Shown: piece by piece, positions 5,779 through 11,830 of the stretch
Layout of the letters: each line of letters begins with the position of its first letter
How positions within the stretch are numbered: position 1 is the stretch's first letter
Virus record (IMG/VR): IMGVR_UViG_3300045988_091480
Location: 1-33,968 of that record
DNA from: a virus
DNA: 33,968 nt
Direction: 5' to 3' (one strand)
Position numbers and translations under genes: made by a program
Notes under the pieces: model-generated
Told to the model about the DNA's origin: nothing
Database searches by the model: none
What the model saw: the letters and a program-made list of their open reading frames with translations, nothing else

Positions 5779-6381
5779 GCCCGAAACTTTCGGGAAAAAC
5801 AACAAATCAGGTCTGGAGATGGTACTTTGTCTGCCCTTACTGAGTTACAGCCCTATTTTGACGCCTACCAGGACGAAATACGAAAGGCGAAGAACACAAG
5901 CGGCCTCACGCTGCAAGAGCTCGCCGATCGTTCCGGCGTGCCGTACAACAACATCTGCGACGTAAACGCCGGGAGGTCGAAGCAGCCCTTACTTTACTAC
6001 GCCGCCGCGACCTGCCGGGTGCTCGGTCTATCGCTCGACCGGCTGTGCGGTCTGCCCGGCGCGGCGGACACGTCCGCGCTCAGGGCGCGCGTGCGCGAGT
6101 TTGAGATAGAGTGCGCGCACAAGGACGGCGAGATCGCGCGGCTGGAAGAGGCGCGGGACGAACAGGCAGGGCGCGACCGGCTTGTCATTCTGGCGCTGGC
6201 GGGCTTGTGCATACTGCTGGTGCTGGTCGTCATCGGGTACATGATATTCGACGCGCACATTTTGTCGGCGGGATTGTTTCAGTCAGCCGGGCTGTCCGTG
6301 TTCGCGGTGCTGCTGGCGCTGCTGCTTCTAGCGGTGATCACGATGGTGGTGGTCGCCTTGATGCGGCTGAGGAGGAAATAA
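5761..6381 (+). CDS. Membrane-tethered HTH (XRE-like) regulator with a coiled coil and two C-terminal TM helices
   Basis: The HTH is GLTLQELADRSGVPYNNICDVNAGR. The C-terminus LVILALAGLCILLVLVVIGYMIF...LSVFAVLLALLLLAVITMVVVALM is hydrophobic. The likelier start is TTG 5827, 7 nt after a GGAG. Confidence 0.65.
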   Translation: MIFTKRARNFREKQQIRSGDGTLSALTELQPYFDAYQDEIRKAKNTSGLTLQELADRSGVPYNNICDVNAGRSKQPLLYYAAATCRVLGLSLDRLCGLPGAADTSALRARVREFEIECAHKDGEIARLEEARDEQAGRDRLVILALAGLCILLVLVVIGYMIFDAHILSAGLFQSAGLSVFAVLLALLLLAVITMVVVALMRLRRK

Positions 6382-6469
6382 TTTCAGAGTAATATTTTCT
6401 CGTTTTGTTTACAGTTTGTTGTTGTGTTTATGACACAAATGTAATATCATTGTATCAGAGAGGCATAAT

Positions 6470-6874
6470 ATGAATAGAGAAAGCATATTGAATTACCTTC
6501 TCAAGCTTCTCAGCACATTCAAATATCACTCGAATATGCTGGCGGAGGTAATCGATATACTCGCAAACTCAGGAGCTGAGCGACAATTCTTCACCCAACT
6601 GGTTACTCGATTGCGCCAGCTTTCAAGCCGCGGTGTGCTGGCGACACAGTTTGACGGTTTTGAGCCTATCGAACAGAGTATATATAGCATGAAATTCAAA
6701 GCTTCCAGCTATAATATACGAATTCTGTACGGCTTCTTGCCGAGCGGTGAGCCGGTGTTGCTGCTTGCGTTCTACGAAAGATGGGGGAAGCGCTGCACGA
6801 GCTATGCGCCGCAGATAGCCGCCGCCGTCAGCAGGCTAAATGAGATAAGGGAGGATTCTGACAATGGCATATAA
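6470..6874 (+). CDS. RelE/HigB-superfamily toxin, Gp49-like (DUF891-type)
   Basis: The C-terminal pattern IYSMKFKASSYNIRILYGFLPSGEPVLLLAFYERWGKR..P.I..A resembles Gp49-like toxins. The gene overlaps the downstream XRE gene by 11 nt. Confidence 0.55.
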   Translation: MNRESILNYLLKLLSTFKYHSNMLAEVIDILANSGAERQFFTQLVTRLRQLSSRGVLATQFDGFEPIEQSIYSMKFKASSYNIRILYGFLPSGEPVLLLAFYERWGKRCTSYAPQIAAAVSRLNEIREDSDNGI

Positions 6875-7283
6875 GGAAAAAGAAATGCAGTTTTTGTCCG
6901 CATTGTCGGTCAACCTGCGCGACGAAGATCTTCTTGACGCCACTATCCGCGGTCTGATAGCCGCCGAAATATCTATGCACCGTCAAGACATGAATTTGAG
7001 CCAGAAAGATTTTGCGAAGCTTATGGGCGTAAGTCAAGGGCTTGTTTCCAGATGGGAGAGCGGCGAAACCAATTTTACGCTTTCGACGCTTGCGGCAATT
7101 GCTATAAAGCTGAATATCGCCATGCAGTCACCATATGTTCCAACAGAAGTAAAGGTTTTCTCCTCGGGCAACAACAACATTTATCAATTCCGTCCCGTCA
7201 GCTGCTGGAGCACCGAGGCGTATATGCAGCCGTTCGGCACTAACGAATCCCGCTCTGCCGAGGATGATATAAAAGAAATGTGA
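6864..7283 (+). CDS. XRE-family HTH antitoxin (HigA-like)
   Basis: NLSQKDFAKLMGVSQGLVSRWESGETNFTLSTLAAIA is an HTH_3 pattern, and the gene shows operon coupling to the Gp49-like gene. Confidence 0.65.
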   Translation: MAYKEKEMQFLSALSVNLRDEDLLDATIRGLIAAEISMHRQDMNLSQKDFAKLMGVSQGLVSRWESGETNFTLSTLAAIAIKLNIAMQSPYVPTEVKVFSSGNNNIYQFRPVSCWSTEAYMQPFGTNESRSAEDDIKEM

Positions 7284-7293
7284 GGTCTTAGTT

Positions 7294-7524
7294 ATGCTCA
7301 GTTATTCTAATGCTTTCAGCTGCACCACAAACAGCAACAACAACGAATTCATTTTCTCTTTCAACCAGAACTGCCCGGTGATCGATGACGCCGGCGCTGT
7401 CACAGGCAGCACGTCTGAGCTCGTCGCTCGAATCGTTTTGACTAGAGACGGTGCCGAAGCGCTGCGGCAGATACTTGACACAGCTCTCGCCAAGAGCGCC
7501 CCGGCAGAAGAAATACACGGATAA
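7294..7524 (+). CDS. Hypothetical 76-aa protein, third gene of the TA-like operon
   Basis: Track ORF lying 10 nt after the antitoxin stop. Confidence 0.5.
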   Translation: MLSYSNAFSCTTNSNNNEFIFSFNQNCPVIDDAGAVTGSTSELVARIVLTRDGAEALRQILDTALAKSAPAEEIHG

Positions 7525-7529
7525 AAACA

Positions 7530-7551
7530 GCCCCCGGACAACACCGGGGGC
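7530..7551. terminator. GC hairpin (gcccccgg acaaca ccgggggc) between the 76-aa gene and the integrase
   Basis: Perfect 8-bp stem. The T-run is present only on the minus strand. Confidence 0.4.
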
Positions 7552-7577
7552 ATAGCTATACGCAAGGGGATAGGGGA

Positions 7578-9206
7578 ATGAAAATGAAACTGACGCATGG
7601 CGCGTACATACTCGCGCGCTTCTCAACCGACCATCAAGAAGTCGACAGTATTGAGGTACAGGTCGGCAAATGCCGGGCATGGTGTGAGGCTCAGGCGCTC
7701 CCGGTGCTGGACGTCTTCGCGGACGAGGCAGTGAGCGGCATGAAGAACACCCGCCCGGAGTACGCCCGCATGATGCGGCAGCTCGCCGACGGTGGGGCGG
7801 ACACCGTGGTCATTTATGACCAAAGCCGTATGTTCCGCAAAATGACGGCGTGGTTTGCGTTCCGGGAAGAGATCGAGCGGCTGGGCGTGCGCGTGGCCGC
7901 AGTGACGCAGCCGATGGTCGGCGGAGATCTGCGTGACCCGGCAAACTTTTTACAGGAGGGCAGCCAGGCACTGTTTAATCAGATGTGGGTGCTCCAGACA
8001 CGGCAAAAGGTCGTGGAGAAAATGCGTTACATGGCGGCGCAGGGCAAGCACACCGGCGGCACACCGCCGCTTGGGTACATCGTCGTTGACGGCAAGCTCG
8101 AAGTATGCGAGGACGAGGCGGAGACCGTGCGCGGCATATTCCGCGACTACGCCGCCGGGAGATCGTACCGGGAGATAATCCAGCGGCTGAACGCCGAGGG
8201 GAAGCGCACCAAGGGCGGCAACACCTTCGGCACGAACAGCATACACGATTTACTGAAGAATGAGAAGTATATCGGGGTGCTGACCTACGGCAAGGTGGAG
8301 AAACGCCCGGACGGCAGCCGGAACACACATTCGACCTCCAGCACCGTCATACGCATGGAAAATATGCTCCCGGCCATTATCGACCGGGACACGTGGAACG
8401 AGGTACAGGCAAAGATGGAGAAAAACAAGCGTACCGGCGCGGGGCGTCCGACCTCCGCGCGGGAATACCCGCTCAAGGGGAAAGTATTCTGCCGGGAATG
8501 CAAGTCCCCGATGCATATAACCCGCTCGCAGAGTGATTATTATTACTACAACTGTTCCGGGCGCAAGCGCAAGGGAATATGTGACCTGCCCGCCATCCGC
8601 GCGGACGAGCTGGAGCGCATCGTCGGCGAGGCGGTGAGTGAGCTTGTCGGTCAGCCGGAGAACGTCGAGGGGCTTGTGAGCGTCATGCACGAGGAGCGCG
8701 CCGCAATACAGCGCGACGCGGTGCAGCAGAGCAATGTCCTGATGGCGCGGCGCGCGGAGATCAGCAAGCAGCTTGAGGCCGCGACAAACGCGGTGCTCGC
8801 CGGGATGGTGTCTGACACCCTCATGCGCAAGGTGCATGAGCTTGAGGCCGAGCGTTTGCAGATAGACCGGGATATGCAGACGCTGCGCGAGCGCGTAGGC
8901 GGCACGGAGCTCCCGGACGAAAGAATACGCGAGCTTTTCAAGCTCGCGCAGAATGACATTAGTTCGTTGTTGAGCATCGTCGTCCGTGTAGAGGTCGGGC
9001 GGGATGAGATAGTCGTGTGGACGATCCTCGACGCCGAGGCCAGCGGAGAATTTGACTTCACCGCTGACGGCGTGCGAGTTGATAATAATTCTTGGTGCCG
9101 GTGGTGGGACACCCACAATTATTATCAACAGCCGCAAGTATATGTGGTTGGCGGCCTTTTAAAAATTCTTTTGCCGAGAGAAGAAAAATGTCAAAAAAGC
9201 TCTTGA
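7578..9206 (+). CDS. int: Large serine recombinase (phage integrase)
   Basis: YILARFSTDHQ is the catalytic Ser motif of the resolvase domain. It is followed by a recombinase domain, a Cys-rich zinc-ribbon-like segment (CRECKSPM...YYYYNCSGRKRKGIC) and a coiled-coil region; 542 aa in total. Confidence 0.9.
   Translation: MKMKLTHGAYILARFSTDHQEVDSIEVQVGKCRAWCEAQALPVLDVFADEAVSGMKNTRPEYARMMRQLADGGADTVVIYDQSRMFRKMTAWFAFREEIERLGVRVAAVTQPMVGGDLRDPANFLQEGSQALFNQMWVLQTRQKVVEKMRYMAAQGKHTGGTPPLGYIVVDGKLEVCEDEAETVRGIFRDYAAGRSYREIIQRLNAEGKRTKGGNTFGTNSIHDLLKNEKYIGVLTYGKVEKRPDGSRNTHSTSSTVIRMENMLPAIIDRDTWNEVQAKMEKNKRTGAGRPTSAREYPLKGKVFCRECKSPMHITRSQSDYYYYNCSGRKRKGICDLPAIRADELERIVGEAVSELVGQPENVEGLVSVMHEERAAIQRDAVQQSNVLMARRAEISKQLEAATNAVLAGMVSDTLMRKVHELEAERLQIDRDMQTLRERVGGTELPDERIRELFKLAQNDISSLLSIVVRVEVGRDEIVVWTILDAEASGEFDFTADGVRVDNNSWCRWWDTHNYYQQPQVYVVGGLLKILLPREEKCQKSS
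9081..9126. other. 46-bp imperfect palindrome, candidate attP core
   Basis: gataataatt...aattattatc are perfect 10-bp outer arms, with further partial symmetry around the centre 9103/9104. It lies in the last approximately 40 codons of int. Confidence 0.3.
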
Positions 9207-9231
9207 CGTACGTATGTACGTATGGTATAAT
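9203..9231 (+). promoter_or_regulatory. Near-consensus sigma-70-type promoter with extended -10
   Basis: TTGACG - 17 nt - TATAAT, preceded by TGg. The spacer contains TACGTA-TG-TACGTA. The -35 overlaps the int stop codon. Confidence 0.7.
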
Positions 9232-9261
9232 TAAACCATCCTAAAGGGAAGGAGGAAAAAC

Positions 9262-9384
9262 ATGAGCAAGAAAAAGAAAAGCGGTAACAAAGTCATGACG
9301 CAGGACAGCATACTGAACCTTGTTACCGCATTGATCAACTTGGTTGTTGCAATCCTGCTATTGCTGGATCACCTTTCAAGTTGA
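9262..9384 (+). CDS. 40-aa hydrophobic peptide (type I toxin-like or small membrane protein)
   Basis: MSKKKKSGNKVMTQDSILNLVTALINLVVAILLLLDHLSS, with a GGAAGGAGG SD 6 nt upstream of the ATG. Confidence 0.55.
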   Translation: MSKKKKSGNKVMTQDSILNLVTALINLVVAILLLLDHLSS

Positions 9385-9420
9385 TTGCCCTCGGCGGTGA
9401 GGGGTTTCACCCTCACCGCC
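9274..9420 (-). ncRNA. Candidate antisense sRNA covering the 40-aa ORF
   Basis: Minus-strand promoter TTGACA (9450..9455) - 17 nt - TATTCT (9427..9432). An 11-bp 5' hairpin lies at 9393..9420. The minus-strand terminator is gcggtaacaa...ttgttaccgc (9291..9339) followed by ttttctttttctt. Confidence 0.3.
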
Positions 9421-9460
9421 ACCTAGAGAATAGCATAAATCTTGCTTAATGTCAAATTGC

Positions 9461-9541
9461 ATGAATACCGTAATTTATGTCTTGCTCGCTGTGAGCATCA
9501 CACTGTCGATTATTGCAATCATTAGGAGCGTAAGAAAATGA
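9461..9541 (+). CDS. 26-aa hydrophobic micro-ORF (MNTVIYVLLAVSITLSIIAIIRSVRK)
   Basis: Its stop overlaps the start of the RHH gene (ATGA). No SD is visible, so coding status is uncertain. Confidence 0.25.
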   Translation: MNTVIYVLLAVSITLSIIAIIRSVRK

Positions 9542-9714
9542 GTGAAAGACCGCAGGATCGTTACAATCGTGAAAAAACGACGGTTGTCAACATCCGTCTA
9601 GTCAAATCTACCGAAGCAGACATCATTGCTCAGCTTGAAAAGCAGCCAAATAAATCCAGCTATATTAAAACACTTATTCGCGCTGACATAGCGAAGAATA
9701 GAAGTACTGAGTAA
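9538..9714 (+). CDS. Ribbon-helix-helix (CopG/Arc-like) protein, 58 aa
   Basis: AGGAG SD. TTVVNIRLVKSTEADIIAQLEKQPNKSSYIKTLIRADIAK fits a beta-strand plus two-helix RHH layout. Confidence 0.6.
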   Translation: MSERPQDRYNREKTTVVNIRLVKSTEADIIAQLEKQPNKSSYIKTLIRADIAKNRSTE

Positions 9715-9740
9715 ACTAGTTCTTCAAGTTTTAAAACTAC

Positions 9741-9772
9741 AAAAGGGCGGCGATGTAAACACATCGCCGCCC
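9741..9772. terminator. Terminator after the holin gene, convergent with the RHH gene
   Basis: gggcggcgatgt aaac acatcgccgccc forms a 12-bp stem, followed on the minus strand by ttttgtagtttt. Confidence 0.7.
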
Positions 9773-9777
9773 TCTAA

Positions 9778-10254
9778 TTATTCTTTTGTCTTTTCTTCCT
9801 GCTTGGCTTCCGGGTCAAGCTTATTTTTATACTGTTCCAGACCTTTTATGAGCCACTGCGGCACAGGTGCTCCGAGCTTGTCCGCGTTCTCGGTTATACT
9901 GCCCAGCTCAGTTATTATGTACCACAAGAGGACTACCGGCGTAACGAAAGTATTGACGGCAATGCCGAGGTCAAGACCGCTTCCACCAATTATGACGCTT
10001 ATCGCAATATCGCACAGCGCGGCGACGAGTACTGCGACAATCTCGCCGAGTTTGTGCCACAATCCCGCTCGCGCAACGGCGCTCGACCATTCGCCGTTTG
10101 AGCGTGCCGCCCACGAGCCGGTCGCATAGTCCAGCACTACACAGGCCAACCAAACGATAACTGCCCAGCCGAGCCAGCCCCAGAGTGCAGTGAGGAACGC
10201 TATAACGGCAGTCACCGCCGCTTTGATTTCTATTGCTTTATCAGGTACATTCAT
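9778..10254 (-). CDS. Holin (Phage_holin_4_1 / TcdE-like family)
   Basis: Multiple TM helices, WHKLGEIV... and ENADKLG motifs typical of this family, and a position next to the endolysin. Confidence 0.85.
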   Translation of the reverse strand: MNVPDKAIEIKAAVTAVIAFLTALWGWLGWAVIVWLACVVLDYATGSWAARSNGEWSSAVARAGLWHKLGEIVAVLVAALCDIAISVIIGGSGLDLGIAVNTFVTPVVLLWYIITELGSITENADKLGAPVPQWLIKGLEQYKNKLDPEAKQEEKTKE

Positions 10255-10328
10255 TTTTATTTCTCCTTCGTTTTTTATTCTTATTCATCGGCAAGTTACC
10301 GGCAAGTTAAATTATCTTGTCATTTTCC

Positions 10329-11039
10329 TCACCCCCTCCGCGCAAGCAGCAGATCAGCCCACGTCATGCCGCCGACTTCACCGTCCGCGTCAAGGTCGTG
10401 GGCGGTCTGGTATGCCTTGACCGCCGCGACGGTTGCCTCGTCCATCATGCCGCTGACGCTGGCTTGATAGCCATAGGCGTAGAGCAACCTCTGCACGGTG
10501 ATGACGGTATCATCCGTCATGCCCGGCTTAAGCAGCGGCAGCGCGACAGCGTACCAGTATGACGGCACATACTCGCTGCTGTCGTCTGTGACTGCGCCGT
10601 CCCCGATATACCGCAGCACGCAATCCCACGGGTAGTTGTAGTAGGTGCGCTCGTATATCTCACGCCCGGTCTGGTCGCCGGGTGTGCCGCCGGTCGCCGT
10701 GCCGCGCTCGTTGATGCTCGCCTGTACAATGCGTCCGCCGCCGATGGAGAGCGCCGTGTGCCGCGCGTAGTTGAGCAGTACGTCGCCCTCCTGCACTCCC
10801 GCGCCGGTCGAGAGATTGACAGACGCGGTCACGTCCTCAAACCCCCGGCGCAGCATATCTCCGCGCATATCACCGGTATACGTGCACTCTAGCGGCACTC
10901 CCGCCGCCCTGTAAGCGGCGATGACAAAGCTGCTGCAATCGTAGTCTGCGCCCCAACGGTTGGTCTGGTTGTAGCCGTGACTGTCGTCTGCGGCGATTCC
11001 GCGCGCCCACGCTACGGCGTCCTGTATAACATTGCTCAT
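10329..11039 (-). CDS. Endolysin: N-terminal Amidase_5/NlpC-P60-like hydrolase plus C-terminal PG_binding_1 domain
   Basis: WGADYDCSSFVIAAYRAAG contains the catalytic Cys context. The C-terminal MDEATVAAVKAYQTAHDLDADGEVGGMTWADLL is a peptidoglycan-binding repeat. Confidence 0.85.
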   Translation of the reverse strand: MSNVIQDAVAWARGIAADDSHGYNQTNRWGADYDCSSFVIAAYRAAGVPLECTYTGDMRGDMLRRGFEDVTASVNLSTGAGVQEGDVLLNYARHTALSIGGGRIVQASINERGTATGGTPGDQTGREIYERTYYNYPWDCVLRYIGDGAVTDDSSEYVPSYWYAVALPLLKPGMTDDTVITVQRLLYAYGYQASVSGMMDEATVAAVKAYQTAHDLDADGEVGGMTWADLLLARRG

Positions 11040-11488
11040 TCTTCAACCTCCTCCCACCCGGCGGGGTAGTCCGCGGGGGAATATACGTTGTTGTCCATCT
11101 TGCTGCGGTATGTCTTGCCGCCGCCGTCGGCGCAGCAGTCTCCGGTCATGTATGGGCTTGTCGCGAGCGCGATAAAGGGCTGCGCTTTAGCCGGGTCGGT
11201 CGACCACTTAAAGCCCCACTGCGCGGGCAGCGTCTCCGGCTCTCCGGGGTAGATGGTGCTGTCGTAGGGCTGGATGAGCCGCACGACGCGCCCCGCCGAA
11301 GAGCGGCAGACAAAGCCCGCGGGGCGGTCAAGCATATTGCCGGAGGCGATGACGGCGGCAAACTCGGGGATATACTCCGCGCTTGCGTACAGCTCCGTGC
11401 CGGTCATGTTCCCGGCGCGGCTCTGGAGATAGAGCGCCGCGTTGCGTGCGCTGTCGCGCACGGCGGCAAGGGTCTCAGTCTTGGTCAT
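11036..11488 (-). CDS. Hypothetical protein of the tail/lysis junction (possible carbohydrate-binding C-terminus)
   Basis: Track ORF. The C-terminal YMTGDCCADGGGKTYRSKMDNNVYSPADYPAGWEEV is loosely CBM5/12-like. Confidence 0.55.
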   Translation of the reverse strand: MTKTETLAAVRDSARNAALYLQSRAGNMTGTELYASAEYIPEFAAVIASGNMLDRPAGFVCRSSAGRVVRLIQPYDSTIYPGEPETLPAQWGFKWSTDPAKAQPFIALATSPYMTGDCCADGGGKTYRSKMDNNVYSPADYPAGWEEVEE

Positions 11489-11820
11489 ATGCTGTTCACT
11501 CCCTTATCTATCGCGGCGGCTATCTCGGAGGTCGTCACTGTCTCGCTGGGCGCGGGGCGGGCAGCACGGGCAGCCTCGATCTCTTCGTCGGTGCGCCGCT
11601 GAGGCACGCCGTCGACGAGCTTGTAGCGATAGATACCGTCCCCGGTCAGCAGTCCGCCGTCAAGATAGTGGCTCTGGCATAGGTTGTACTTGTCTCCATA
11701 ACCCTCATCGAGGTATGTCCACTGGCTGATGTCGTCAATGTTGCTCATGGTGTACCCGCCCTCGACGCGGACTATGCGAGATGCCTCGTCGGTTTTGATA
11801 TAGACTTTTGATTTTTGCAT
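11485..11820 (-). CDS. Hypothetical protein downstream of the tail fibre gene
   Basis: Track ORF, coupled by overlap with the next gene. Confidence 0.55.
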   Translation of the reverse strand: MQKSKVYIKTDEASRIVRVEGGYTMSNIDDISQWTYLDEGYGDKYNLCQSHYLDGGLLTGDGIYRYKLVDGVPQRRTDEEIEAARAARPAPSETVTTSEIAAAIDKGVNSI

Positions 11821-11830
11821 ATTTGCCTCC

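Noticed and set aside
8250-9137. 295-aa and 155-aa minus-strand ORFs inside the integrase gene
   Set aside because: They are antisense shadows of a gene with clear serine-recombinase motifs. Their composition is Arg/Leu/Pro-rich and they have no SD.
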